Positions 19,153 through 28,741 of a stretch of DNA of 64,000 nucleotides are shown here, piece after piece (positions within the stretch are counted from its first letter, which is position 1; each line of letters begins with the position of its first letter). The notes beneath the pieces were generated by a model. It was not told where the DNA came from and did not search any database. It saw nothing but the letters and a program-made list of their open reading frames with translations. The stretch lies in assembly GCA_948443845.1 (NCBI GenBank), contig CAOJUE010000006.1, positions 8,720-72,719 of the forward strand, read 5' to 3'. Made by a program: the position numbers and the translations under genes. The DNA comes from an uncultured Eubacteriales bacterium (lineage in GTDB: Bacteria; Bacillota; Clostridia; TANB77; CAG-508).

Positions 19153-20757
19153 ATGAAATATCCATTTAAGATTTTAAATAAAAAGAAGTTTATGTTGTGT
19201 TTTATTGATGCTTTTTTGACAAATCTATTTTTCTATATTACACCAGTGCTTTTGGCATATTTTACGAGAGAGCCGTTTACATTGGAAAAATTCAAATGTC
19301 TGATTTTGTCGATTATTGTTAGCAAAATTTTGGCGGTTGCTTTAAATCAGATTTGGATTATGTATATTTTGCGTTTTGAACATCAGTATTCAAAAGATTT
19401 GCAATTGGCATATTTTAGTAGAGTTGTCAGAATGAAACCATTTGCTTTAAATAAAGTACATAATGGTTTTTTGAAGAAGGAAATTGATATTATTTCAGGA
19501 GAAGCCGAAGACTTGCTAGAATACATTTTTGAAACAGTTAGTGGATTTTCGATTTCGATTGTGATGTTTTTAGTGCAGGTAATCAATCAAGATAGGAAAG
19601 TATTTTTGGTGTGTTTAGCAATGCTTAGTGGAATGGTTATTTATAATGTATGGCTTGGCAAAAAATATGTTTCGGTACAAGAAGATTATAATGAAACTTA
19701 CTCAAAATACAATTCGACTTATGTTGATTTTTTACAAAATGTAAAGACTGTCAAAAGGCTGAATGCAAGTGGATTTGCAAATCGAAAAAATGAAGAATTA
19801 TATGAAAAAGTATTGCCTAAGTTAGGAAAAGTGAATTTGACGTATTCGTTTCGTTCGAATGGAATCAATGTTTTTGTGTATATCATGTATGTGATTGTAC
19901 TAACGAATTTGTACTTTAAAATGCAGGCTGGAGAAAATATTTTATCGAATTTGTTGTTTTATGCAACGATTTTTGATTTACTAAGAGGCGAATTAAAAGA
20001 TTTGACATTTTTGTTTGTACATTTTAACAAATTTCAAGCAGCGACCAATCAAGTGGAAAAAATTATTGGTCAAGACGTGGAAAACAAAGTTATCAAAGAT
20101 TGGAAAGTTATTCAAATCAAAGATTTGGAATTTAAATATAATGAGGAAACAAAAACCACCATTCAAATTCCCAATTTTGAAATTCATCAAGGAGACAAAA
20201 TTAGTATTGTGGGCAAATCGGGGCAAGGAAAAAGTACGTTTTTGAATATTTTCTCACGTTATATCGAAGTAGACAGCGACAAATACAGAATTGATGAAGA
20301 ACCAAAACAAGGAAATCTAGATTTGGCGTATATTTCGCAGGAAATTGATTTGTTTGATTTAAGTGTAAGAGAAAATTTGTGTTTAGGCAAGGAAATTTCA
20401 GATGAAAAATTGATGCAAATTTTGATTGAAGCAGGTTTGCAAGAGTGGGTTGAAAAGCTGGAAAATGGTTTAGATACGATTGTTGGCGAAAGAGGATTAA
20501 AATTGTCAGTTGGGCAAAAGCAAAGGCTGAATTTAATTCGTGGAATTTTGCTAGAGAAAGATGTGTATGTTCTAGATGAACCAACTTCGAATTTGGATAA
20601 AGAAACTGAAAAATTGATTGTTAATTTAATTCAAAAATATTTGCAAAATAAAACGGTTGTGATTGTAACGCATCGTGATGAGATTAAGAGAATTTGCGAG
20701 AAACATTATATTTTTGAGAATAATTGTATGCAAGAAGAAATTTTTATCAAACAATAA
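19153..20757 (+). CDS. ABC transporter, fused permease/ATP-binding protein
   Basis: N-terminal TM domain, Walker A GKSGQGKST, signature LSVGQKQR, Walker B VYVLDEPTS. Confidence 0.85.
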   Translation: MKYPFKILNKKKFMLCFIDAFLTNLFFYITPVLLAYFTREPFTLEKFKCLILSIIVSKILAVALNQIWIMYILRFEHQYSKDLQLAYFSRVVRMKPFALNKVHNGFLKKEIDIISGEAEDLLEYIFETVSGFSISIVMFLVQVINQDRKVFLVCLAMLSGMVIYNVWLGKKYVSVQEDYNETYSKYNSTYVDFLQNVKTVKRLNASGFANRKNEELYEKVLPKLGKVNLTYSFRSNGINVFVYIMYVIVLTNLYFKMQAGENILSNLLFYATIFDLLRGELKDLTFLFVHFNKFQAATNQVEKIIGQDVENKVIKDWKVIQIKDLEFKYNEETKTTIQIPNFEIHQGDKISIVGKSGQGKSTFLNIFSRYIEVDSDKYRIDEEPKQGNLDLAYISQEIDLFDLSVRENLCLGKEISDEKLMQILIEAGLQEWVEKLENGLDTIVGERGLKLSVGQKQRLNLIRGILLEKDVYVLDEPTSNLDKETEKLIVNLIQKYLQNKTVVIVTHRDEIKRICEKHYIFENNCMQEEIFIKQ

Positions 20758-20790
20758 ATTTATTTTACGCCACGATTTTCAAAAAAGAGA

Positions 20791-20922
20791 GAAAAATGAC
20801 CCAAATTTACATAAAATCAATACAGAATACCAAATTTTGCATTCTAGAGGCATAAAAAGGCATAGTATCAGAAAAATGACTTTTTAAAGTGATGCACTAG
20901 AATGTCCAAAACACGACTTTTT
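20791..20922 (+). repeat. dispersed intergenic repeat, copy 1
   Basis: GAAAAATGACCCAAATTTACATAAAAT...CTAGAATGTCCAAAACACGACTTTTT. Aligns by eye with 51488-51619 (+) and 61201-61331 (-). Confidence 0.6.
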
Positions 20923-21049
20923 CCAATTAAGTATACATAAATATTATGAAAAATTAAAATGTCTTAAAATGCATTTTAGCTGCTTTCTGGAAGACATCAG
21001 AAATTTTGAGTTGGAAAAGGAAAATTTAAAGAAAAATTATAAAAAATTC

Positions 21050-21077
21050 TTGACAAATTAAAAAAAAAGTATATAAT
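21050..21077 (+). promoter_or_regulatory. sigma-A promoter for a short plus-strand RNA
   Basis: TTGACA (21050-21055), 16-nt spacer, TATAAT (21072-21077). Confidence 0.55.
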
Positions 21078-21083
21078 AAAAAT

Positions 21084-21156
21084 AATATATAAAATATATT
21101 AAAAATTTTGTTAACGACATAAAAAATAGGTAGTGTTGCAGCACTACCTATTTTTA
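21084..21156 (+). ncRNA. candidate antitoxin sRNA (about 70 nt)
   Basis: Runs from the promoter at 21050-21077 to the terminator at 21124-21153. Carries TTTTGTTAACGACATAA (21106-21122), 16/17 identical to 21261-21277. It is therefore complementary to the start-codon region of the convergent small-ORF mRNA. Confidence 0.4.
21124..21153. terminator. bidirectional rho-independent terminator
   Basis: AAATAGGTAGTG-TTGCAG-CACTACCTATTT, a 12-bp perfect stem, with an A-run on the left and a T-run on the right. Confidence 0.8.
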
Positions 21157-21158
21157 TG

Positions 21159-21275
21159 TTAAAAACCGAAAGCTTCACGAAGTAGTTTGATAAACTTCAA
21201 AACGCCAGTTAGAAGTTTCAACAATTTATGTAATCGGTATTTAAGCATTTTCTTTTGTTTTTTTGCTAACGACAT
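21159..21275 (-). CDS. 38-aa cationic amphipathic peptide (type I toxin candidate)
   Basis: Not in the ORF track because it is under 60 aa. RBS GGAGGTGAGG (21290-21281) lies 5 nt upstream of the ATG at 21275. Sequence: MSLAKKQKKMLKYRLHKLLKLLTGVLKFIKLLREAFGF. The terminator follows directly. Confidence 0.5.
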   Translation of the reverse strand: MSLAKKQKKMLKYRLHKLLKLLTGVLKFIKLLREAFGF

Positions 21276-21372
21276 AATAGCCTCACCTCCTTTCAAAGGG
21301 GAATGTTATTATGTCTTTTGTTTGGAAATCTTGCTTTTGGATAAAAGCAATTAGACAAAATAAATTTTTCTT

Positions 21373-21401
21373 ATTATAGCACGAGAAATGTTGTATTGCA
21401 A
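21373..21401 (-). promoter_or_regulatory. promoter for the small-ORF mRNA
   Basis: On the minus strand: TTGCAA (21401-21396), 17 nt, TATAAT (21378-21373). Gives a 5'UTR of about 90 nt. Confidence 0.45.
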
Positions 21402-21508
21402 TAGGAAAATATTAAAAAATAATTTTTTGTAAAATCATCAAAAAAACGATTGACAAAAGAACGAATGTTTGATAAAATATTACTATTAAAAAAGAAAGGA
21501 ACAGAGTT

Positions 21509-21973
21509 ATGCTAGAAAAACTAAATGATAAATATGTGTTTTTTGATGTAGATGGAACATTATCGGAATATCGCTATAATGACCATGTTAGTGGAGGAAA
21601 CGATTGGGGCGGACAAACGTGGGAAGAATTGTTTTTTGGGAATGTTTTTGTTAAGAATCGCCCTTTAAAAACAATGGTTAATTTAATTGAGCAACTAGAT
21701 TCAGATAAAGTTTTTGTATTGGGTGCTATCACAACCAGTCATGAAATTGATGAAAAATACGAATGGCTTGCGAAATATTATCCTTCCATTAAAAGAGAAA
21801 ATATCATTTTTGTAGCAGACTCCTCTTTGAAGGTAATTGCGCTTGAGCAATATGCGAAAAAATTAAATATTCCAAAAGAAAAGATTGTTTTTATTGATGA
21901 TAAACACGCTACCATAAGACAAACAGAGGAAGCAGGCTTTAAGTCGTATCATACAACATCTTTTGTCGAATAA
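21509..21973 (+). CDS. HAD-superfamily 5'-nucleotidase-like hydrolase
   Basis: FFDVDGTL motif I and IDD motif near the C-terminus, 154 aa. Promoter TTGACA (21450)-17 nt-TAAAAT. Confidence 0.7.
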   Translation: MLEKLNDKYVFFDVDGTLSEYRYNDHVSGGNDWGGQTWEELFFGNVFVKNRPLKTMVNLIEQLDSDKVFVLGAITTSHEIDEKYEWLAKYYPSIKRENIIFVADSSLKVIALEQYAKKLNIPKEKIVFIDDKHATIRQTEEAGFKSYHTTSFVE

Positions 21974-22036
21974 AATTTGACCAAAACAATTCATAACAAA
22001 GAGTTACGAGTATCATTTAAAATGAAGGGGGCAAAC

Positions 22037-24865
22037 ATGAACGATGAAATTATTATAAAAGGTGCAAAAGAACATAATTTGAAAAATATCAATATCAAAA
22101 TTCCCAAAGATAAATTAGTTGTTATTACAGGGCTTTCTGGCTCTGGCAAATCTTCTCTTGCGTTTGATACGATTTACGCCGAAGGCCAAAGAAGATATGT
22201 TGAAAGTTTATCTTCGTATGCCAGACAATTCTTAGGAATTATGGAAAAGCCAAATGTAGAATCCATTGATGGACTTTCACCAGCCATTTCTATTGATCAA
22301 AAAACGACTTCTAAAAATCCACGTTCCACTGTTGGAACGGTAACAGAAATTTATGATTATATTCGTTTATTATACGCTAGAATTGGAATTCCCTATTGTC
22401 CAAATTGTGGCGAAAGAATCGAAAAACAAACCATTGACCAAATTGTCGATACGGTTTTAGAACACACAGAAGGAACGAAAATTCAAATTTTAGCACCTGT
22501 TGTGCGTAGCAAAAAAGGAGAATATACGAAACTTTTTGCCAATATGCAAAAAGAAGGATTTGTGCGCGTCAGAATCGATGGCGAGATGTATGAATTAACA
22601 GACGATATCGAATTAGATCGAAACAAAAAACACAACATTGACATTGTGGTTGACCGACTTGTCATTAAAGAAGATATTCGCAATCGTTTGGCAGAATCGG
22701 TTGAAACAGCGATGGCACACGCCAATAATTTGGTAAAAATCGATTTTGTGGGAGAAGGCGAAAAATTATTTAGCGGAAATTATGCTTGCCCAGATTGCAA
22801 TATTAGCTTTGAAGAGTTAACGCCTCGCATGTTTTCTTTCAACAATCCTCTGGGCGCTTGCCCAGAGTGTACAGGAATTGGTTTTTTAATGAGAATGGAT
22901 GAAGATTTAATCCTTCCTGACAAAAATAAAACCTTGTACGATGGAGTAAAAGCCTTTGGCTCGAGCACTATGAAACGTGGTGATACCATGGCAAAGATGT
23001 ATTTTGAAAGTATTGCTAAACATTATGGTGTTGACATCCAAAAGCCAATCAAAAAGTTGCCACGCGAGTTTTTGGATAAAATTTTATATGGCACAGGTGA
23101 CGAAGAAATTGATTTTGAATATACTTCAGCAAGTGGTACTAGGAAATTTACGAGTCCTTTTGAAGGCGTAATTCCTACATTGGACAGGCGTTATCGAGAA
23201 ACGAAATCGGAGGGAATGCGCCGTTTTTATGAGATGTATATGAGTGAAAGTCCTTGCCATTCTTGTCATGGAGCCAGATTGAAAAAAGAAGTTTTGTCTG
23301 TTAAAGTAGGCGATAAAAATATTAATGAATTGACGGATATGCCGATTGGCAAAATCAAGGATTATTTGGCGAATTTGCAATTAACCAAAAAAGAGAAAAT
23401 GATTGCAGAATTGATTTTCAGAGAATTAAATATGAGATTGCAGTTTTTGATTGATGTTGGTTTGGAATATTTGACGCTTTCAAGAAATAGTGGAACCTTG
23501 TCTGGTGGGGAAGCACAGCGTATTCGTTTGGCAACACAAATTGGTTCAGGACTTTCAGGTGTTTTGTATATTTTAGATGAGCCAAGCATTGGACTTCATC
23601 AAAGAGATAATGATAAATTGTTGGAAACCTTGAAAAAATTGCGTGATTTAGGCAATACGCTAATTGTGGTAGAACATGATGAAGACACAATGTATGCTGC
23701 AGACCAAATTGTCGATATTGGACCTGGTGCGGGTGTGCATGGTGGAAATGTGGTAGCGCAGGGAACTGCTGAAGAAATCAAACTGATAACCGATTCTATT
23801 ACAGGTCAATATTTGAGTGGTAGAAAGAAAATTCAAGTTCCCAAAACACGCAGAAAGAGTGCAAAAGGAAAGTACCTTGAAATTGTGGGGGCAAGTGAGC
23901 ATAATTTGAAAAATGTCAATGTTAAAATCCCATTAGGCGTTTTTAACTGCGTGACTGGTGTTTCGGGTTCTGGAAAATCGACTTTGATTAATGAAATTTT
24001 ATATAAATATTTGGCCAGAGAAATTAATAAATCGAATGAAAAACCGGGAAAATGCGAAGAAGTTAAAGGAATTTCGAATATTGATAAAATTATTAATATT
24101 GACCAATCACCAATTGGAAGAACGCCACGCTCTAATCCAGCAACTTACACAGGGGTTTTTGATATCATTCGTGATATTTATGCAGGTACAAATGAGGCAA
24201 AAATGCGTGGTTATCAAAAGGGAAGATTTAGTTTTAATGTTTCAGGTGGACGTTGTGAGGCGTGCCAAGGAGACGGTGTTGTGAAAATTGAAATGAATTT
24301 CTTGCCAGATATTTATGTGCCTTGTGAAGTTTGTAATGGAAAGCGTTATAATCGAGAAACATTGGAGGTCAAATATAAGGGAAAATCCATTTCAGATGTA
24401 CTTAATATGACAGTGGAAGAAGCATTGGAATTTTTCAGCAATATTCCACGCATCAAAGATAAAATTCAGACTTTGGCTGATGTAGGGTTGGGCTATATTA
24501 AACTTGGGCAACCTTCTACAACACTTTCTGGTGGGGAAGCACAGCGTGTGAAATTGGCAACAGAATTATCCAAAAGAGCGACTGGAAAAACATTGTACAT
24601 TTTAGATGAGCCAACCACAGGACTTCATATAGGAGATGTTCATAAATTGATTGATATTTTACAAAGATTAGTTGACACAGGAAATACGATTGTTGTCATT
24701 GAGCATAATTTAGATTTAATCAAAACCGCTGACCATATTATTGATTTGGGTCCAGAAGGTGGTGATGATGGTGGACAAGTAATTGCAATCGGAACGCCAG
24801 AGCAGATTGTGAAGAATGAGAAATCGTATACGGGGAAATTTTTGAGGAAATATTTGGAGAATTAA
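22037..24865 (+). CDS. uvrA: excinuclease ABC subunit A
   Basis: [18 protein letters not shown]..., two [12 protein letters not shown] / [10 protein letters not shown] Walker A motifs, and zinc fingers CPDC...CPEC and CEAC...CEVC. Confidence 0.95.
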   Translation: MNDEIIIKGAKEHNLKNINIKIPKDKLVVITGLSGSGKSSLAFDTIYAEGQRRYVESLSSYARQFLGIMEKPNVESIDGLSPAISIDQKTTSKNPRSTVGTVTEIYDYIRLLYARIGIPYCPNCGERIEKQTIDQIVDTVLEHTEGTKIQILAPVVRSKKGEYTKLFANMQKEGFVRVRIDGEMYELTDDIELDRNKKHNIDIVVDRLVIKEDIRNRLAESVETAMAHANNLVKIDFVGEGEKLFSGNYACPDCNISFEELTPRMFSFNNPLGACPECTGIGFLMRMDEDLILPDKNKTLYDGVKAFGSSTMKRGDTMAKMYFESIAKHYGVDIQKPIKKLPREFLDKILYGTGDEEIDFEYTSASGTRKFTSPFEGVIPTLDRRYRETKSEGMRRFYEMYMSESPCHSCHGARLKKEVLSVKVGDKNINELTDMPIGKIKDYLANLQLTKKEKMIAELIFRELNMRLQFLIDVGLEYLTLSRNSGTLSGGEAQRIRLATQIGSGLSGVLYILDEPSIGLHQRDNDKLLETLKKLRDLGNTLIVVEHDEDTMYAADQIVDIGPGAGVHGGNVVAQGTAEEIKLITDSITGQYLSGRKKIQVPKTRRKSAKGKYLEIVGASEHNLKNVNVKIPLGVFNCVTGVSGSGKSTLINEILYKYLAREINKSNEKPGKCEEVKGISNIDKIINIDQSPIGRTPRSNPATYTGVFDIIRDIYAGTNEAKMRGYQKGRFSFNVSGGRCEACQGDGVVKIEMNFLPDIYVPCEVCNGKRYNRETLEVKYKGKSISDVLNMTVEEALEFFSNIPRIKDKIQTLADVGLGYIKLGQPSTTLSGGEAQRVKLATELSKRATGKTLYILDEPTTGLHIGDVHKLIDILQRLVDTGNTIVVIEHNLDLIKTADHIIDLGPEGGDDGGQVIAIGTPEQIVKNEKSYTGKFLRKYLEN

Positions 24866-24881
24866 TAAATTTTACCTATTA

Positions 24882-24916
24882 AAAAGATGATTTATAATAT
24901 AAATCATCTTTTTTGA
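24882..24916 (+). terminator. rho-independent terminator after uvrA
   Basis: AAAAGATGATTTA-TAATA-TAAATCATCTTTT followed by TT. Confidence 0.8.
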
Positions 24917-25056
24917 GTTTAAAATTAAAAAAGTTATGAAAAAAGAATATTCTAAATTTCAATCTAAAATAAAAATTACCCAAAAACACTTGAAAAATTC
25001 TCCAATAAAAGATATAATAACAAAATAAAATGCAAGCGAAAAAAATGGAGGAAAAA

Positions 25057-25314
25057 ATGGCTACAAGAGATAAAAATATATGGATTTTATTAATATTTAT
25101 TTTATCAGGTTTAGTAATTGGAGGACTTTTAGGCGATTTAGCAGCCAAGGTGGATTGGCTTTGGTGGCTTGGATTTGGGCAAGAATTTGGGTTGGAAAGT
25201 CCACTTGTGCTGAATCTTAGCATTTTGAAAATTACCTTTGGAATGATGGTTAAAATTAATATTGCAAGCATTATCGGTATCGGAATTGCTTTGTTTCTAT
25301 ACCGTAAAGTATAA
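25057..25314 (+). CDS. small membrane protein (DUF4321-like)
   Basis: MATRDKNIWILLIFILSGLVIGGLLGDL... GGAGG lies upstream of the ATG at 25057. Confidence 0.6.
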   Translation: MATRDKNIWILLIFILSGLVIGGLLGDLAAKVDWLWWLGFGQEFGLESPLVLNLSILKITFGMMVKINIASIIGIGIALFLYRKV

Positions 25315-25335
25315 AATGGGAAAGTAGGAAATTGA

Positions 25336-26178
25336 ATGTTAGATATTTTAATGGATTCGGTCATCGATAGTGTAAAACTAATTCCGTTTTTATTGATTAC
25401 TTATTTAATCATGGAATATTTAGAGCATAAAACTTCAGATAAACACAAGGAACACATGAAAAAATCTGGTAAAATGGGACCAGTGATTGGTGGCTTTTTA
25501 GGCGCTTTTCCACAATGTGGATTTTCCGTATCTGCTACGAATTTGTATGTGGGACGTGTCATTAGTTTAGGAACACTGATTGCTGTCTATTTATCTACAT
25601 CAGATGAGATGATACCTGTTTTTTTATCAGAAGCAGTGCCTGTTTTTGTAATATTCAAAATTTTAGCAATTAAAATATTGGTCAGCATTGTGATGGGAAT
25701 TGTGATTGATTTGATTTTTCAAAAAGAAAAACAGGAAAATGAAATTGGACTAATGTGTGAGCATGATAAATGTCATTGTGAAGATGGGATTGTAAAATCT
25801 TCGATTAGGCATACGGTAAGCATTACTCTCTATATTTTTTTGGTTAGCTTGATTTTGAATTCTCTTATTTTTTTCGTAGGAGAGGAACATATTTCACATC
25901 TTATTTTGAATCAACCAATTTTAGGACCGATTTTGGCAGGGCTTGTGGGCTTGATTCCTAATTGTGCATCTTCTGTTATTTTAGCAGAATTGTACCTTGG
26001 AAATTTGATATCAGCAGGAACGATGATGGCAGGTTTGCTTGTTGGAGCAGGAATTGGACTGTTGGTATTGTTTAAAGAAAATAATAAAATGAAAGAAAAT
26101 ATCAAAATTGTTTCTTTGTTGTATGGGATTGGGGTGACATTTGGAGTACTATTGGAGGCAGTCAAACTTGTTTTGTAA
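25336..26178 (+). CDS. putative 10-TM permease (ArsP_2-like heavy-metal exporter family)
   Basis: 280 aa, multi-TM. The N-terminus MLDILMDSVIDSVKLIPFLLITYLIMEYLEHK and a central Cys/His patch (CEHDKCHCED) fit this family. Confidence 0.6.
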   Translation: MLDILMDSVIDSVKLIPFLLITYLIMEYLEHKTSDKHKEHMKKSGKMGPVIGGFLGAFPQCGFSVSATNLYVGRVISLGTLIAVYLSTSDEMIPVFLSEAVPVFVIFKILAIKILVSIVMGIVIDLIFQKEKQENEIGLMCEHDKCHCEDGIVKSSIRHTVSITLYIFLVSLILNSLIFFVGEEHISHLILNQPILGPILAGLVGLIPNCASSVILAELYLGNLISAGTMMAGLLVGAGIGLLVLFKENNKMKENIKIVSLLYGIGVTFGVLLEAVKLVL

Positions 26179-26190
26179 AGGGGATAGAAA

Positions 26191-26751
26191 ATGAAAAAAA
26201 CCAAACGAAAAATATTTGAAACATCAATGAAATTATTTTCCCAAAAAGGTTATGATGCTACAAGCATTGAGGAAATAACGGCTATAACTGGTGTGGCAAA
26301 AGGGACGCTTTATTATCATTTTTCGAGCAAAGAGGAAATTTTTAATTTCCTTGTAGAAGAAGGAATGAAACTTTTGAAGATGAGCATTGAAATCAAAACT
26401 TCGAAGTGCGAAACTACGATTGATAAATTAAAAGCAATTGTGCTGATTCAGTTAAAAGGAATTAAAAAATACGAGAATATTTTGACGATTGTGATGAGCC
26501 AAGTTTGGGGAAATGAGCCACGAAATGTTCTGTGTAAGGAAAAAGTGATTGAATATATTAATGTCATTCAGAAAATCATTGAAGAAGGTTTTGAAAAAGG
26601 TGATATCAAACAATGCAATTCAGAAGCTTTGGCATGTGAATTATTTTCTTTGACATGTTCAACATTGATTTACCGCAGAAAAAACGAAGAATTTGATATT
26701 GATAAATTATACCAAGAATATGAAAAAAATTTATTAAATAAATTATCGTAG
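26191..26751 (+). CDS. TetR/AcrR family transcriptional regulator
   Basis: N-terminal HTH: GYDATSIEEITAITGVAKGTLYYHFSSKEEIF. Confidence 0.85.
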   Translation: MKKTKRKIFETSMKLFSQKGYDATSIEEITAITGVAKGTLYYHFSSKEEIFNFLVEEGMKLLKMSIEIKTSKCETTIDKLKAIVLIQLKGIKKYENILTIVMSQVWGNEPRNVLCKEKVIEYINVIQKIIEEGFEKGDIKQCNSEALACELFSLTCSTLIYRRKNEEFDIDKLYQEYEKNLLNKLS

Positions 26752-26813
26752 GGGCAGATGCCCTCAACTGCCCTTGATCTGTAAAAATAGCCAAAAAAGA
26801 AAGGAATCAAAAA

Positions 26814-28562
26814 ATGGAAACAAACATATACAAAGGTTGCCCAAGACTGTACGAAGTCCCAAAAATGAATAATTTGAAGGAATTAATAGAGAGAACAGAG
26901 AAATTATATAAAGACCATATTGCATTTAAATTTAAGACAGAAACGCCAGGCGTTTTTAATACAAGAACTTATGAAGAATACATTAACGACATCAAGGCTT
27001 TGGGAACAGCGCTTATGAGTTTAGGACTGAAAGATAAACGAATTGCGGTCATTTCTGAAAATCGTTATGAATGGACGCTTACTTATTTTGCTACTGTCAA
27101 TGGAACAGGTGTGATTGTGCCACTTGACCGTTCTTTGCCGGAAATTGAAATTATTAATTTGATTGAAGCCTCTGGCGCAGAAGCGATTTTTTATTCGAAT
27201 AAATATAGTGAAATTATGGATAGAGTGAGAAATGAGAAAATAGGAAAAATCCAATTTTTTGTTTCCATGGACGCTGAAAGCAGTAACGATGAGGTATATT
27301 CGCAAAAAGAATTGATTCGAATTGGTAAAGATTTGATGAAAAATGGATCTCGCATTTTTACAGATTGTGAAATTGATAATGAGAAAATGTCGATTATGTT
27401 ATTCACTTCTGGAACGACTTCTAAAAGCAAAGCAGTGGCATTATCACACAAAAATATTTGTGCGAATATTTACGATATTGCTTCTGTTTTTGATGTAAGT
27501 GAAAAGGATACTTTGCTGTCATTTTTGCCATTGCATCACACATATGAATGTACAGTTGGCTTTTTGTACCCAGTTTTTGTTGGTGCGACGATTACGTATT
27601 GTGAGGGGATTAGGCATATTGCGGATAACATTCGAGAATATCAAGTGAGTGTTATGATTTCTGTTCCAGTGCTTTTTGAAAGTTTGTATAAAAGAGTGAT
27701 GGAAACGATTGAGAAAAAAGGCATGACCAAAAAAGTACAAACAGGTTTGAAAATCAGCAATTTTTTAAGAAAAATTGGAATTGATATCCGAAGAAAGATT
27801 TTCAAAGAAATTCACGAATCTTTAGGCGGAAAACTACGCTTATTTGTAGCAGGAGCAGCGGCGTTTGACCCTAAAATGGAAAAGGGACTAAATGATTTAG
27901 GAATTGATACTTACCAAGGTTATGGCTTAACGGAAACATCGCCTGTTATTGCAGCAGAGCATAAAACGGTTGTACGATATGGTTCGATTGGAAAAGTATT
28001 TCCAAGTCTAGAAGCCAAGATTTTTGAGCCAAATGAAGATGGAATTGGAGAGCTGATTGTAAAAGGTGATACTGTCATGCTAGAATATGTTGGAAATTTG
28101 GAAGCAACGAACGAAGTTATTCAAGATGGTTGGTTTCACACAGGAGATTTGGGGTACTTTGACAAAGATGGCTTTTTATTTATAACGGGAAGAAAGAAAA
28201 ATGTCATTGTTTTGAAAAATGGAAAAAATATTTATCCAGAAGAAATCGAAGCCATGATTAATGATATTCCTGGCGTAAAAGAGTCTTTTGTTTTTGGAAG
28301 ACCAGAAGGTGATGATAAAGTGGATTTAAAATTAGCAACAAAAGTGGTTTATGATGCAGAATTCATGAAAACAGAATTTGGTTTGCAAGAAGAAAAAGAA
28401 ATCAAAGATAAAATTTGGAAAGAAATTAAAGAAATCAATAAAAAAATGCCAACGTATAAATACATCAAAGAATTAATGGTTACACAAGAAGAATTTATTA
28501 AAACAACAACTCAAAAAATCAAGCGTTTTGAGGAATTGAAGAAGTTAGGAATTGAAAATTAG
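26814..28562 (+). CDS. AMP-dependent long-chain acyl-CoA synthetase
   Basis: LFTSGTTSKSKAV AMP-binding motif, GYGLTETS, TGDLGYFDKDGFLFITGRKK. Confidence 0.85.
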   Translation: METNIYKGCPRLYEVPKMNNLKELIERTEKLYKDHIAFKFKTETPGVFNTRTYEEYINDIKALGTALMSLGLKDKRIAVISENRYEWTLTYFATVNGTGVIVPLDRSLPEIEIINLIEASGAEAIFYSNKYSEIMDRVRNEKIGKIQFFVSMDAESSNDEVYSQKELIRIGKDLMKNGSRIFTDCEIDNEKMSIMLFTSGTTSKSKAVALSHKNICANIYDIASVFDVSEKDTLLSFLPLHHTYECTVGFLYPVFVGATITYCEGIRHIADNIREYQVSVMISVPVLFESLYKRVMETIEKKGMTKKVQTGLKISNFLRKIGIDIRRKIFKEIHESLGGKLRLFVAGAAAFDPKMEKGLNDLGIDTYQGYGLTETSPVIAAEHKTVVRYGSIGKVFPSLEAKIFEPNEDGIGELIVKGDTVMLEYVGNLEATNEVIQDGWFHTGDLGYFDKDGFLFITGRKKNVIVLKNGKNIYPEEIEAMINDIPGVKESFVFGRPEGDDKVDLKLATKVVYDAEFMKTEFGLQEEKEIKDKIWKEIKEINKKMPTYKYIKELMVTQEEFIKTTTQKIKRFEELKKLGIEN

Positions 28563-28581
28563 AAAGTCAAAATGACAAATA

Positions 28582-28629
28582 TTACAATTATGTTACAAAA
28601 TTTTACAAAAAGTTACAAAAATGTAATAT
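28582..28629. promoter_or_regulatory. phased TTACA/TGTAA repeats upstream of the 28742 gene promoter
   Basis: TTACA at 28582, 28593, 28603 and 28613 (10-11-nt spacing), then inverted TGTAA at 28622. Upstream of TTGTAT (28648)-17 nt-TATAAT (28671). Confidence 0.45.
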
Positions 28630-28741
28630 AAAAAAGTCGAAAATGACTTGTATTTTTAATTGAAAAAATATATAATAAAAATAGTTATAAAATGTGCTAT
28701 AAAAGAATGCACAAATTAAGACTTAAGGAGGTAAGTTTACA

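Noticed and set aside
21159-21275. The 38-aa peptide as a small ribosomal protein or a spore SASP.
   Set aside because: The sequence does not resemble L34, L36 or SASP families. The convergent sRNA and shared-terminator architecture fits a type I TA locus better. The leaderless-bacteriocin alternative is kept in the finding.
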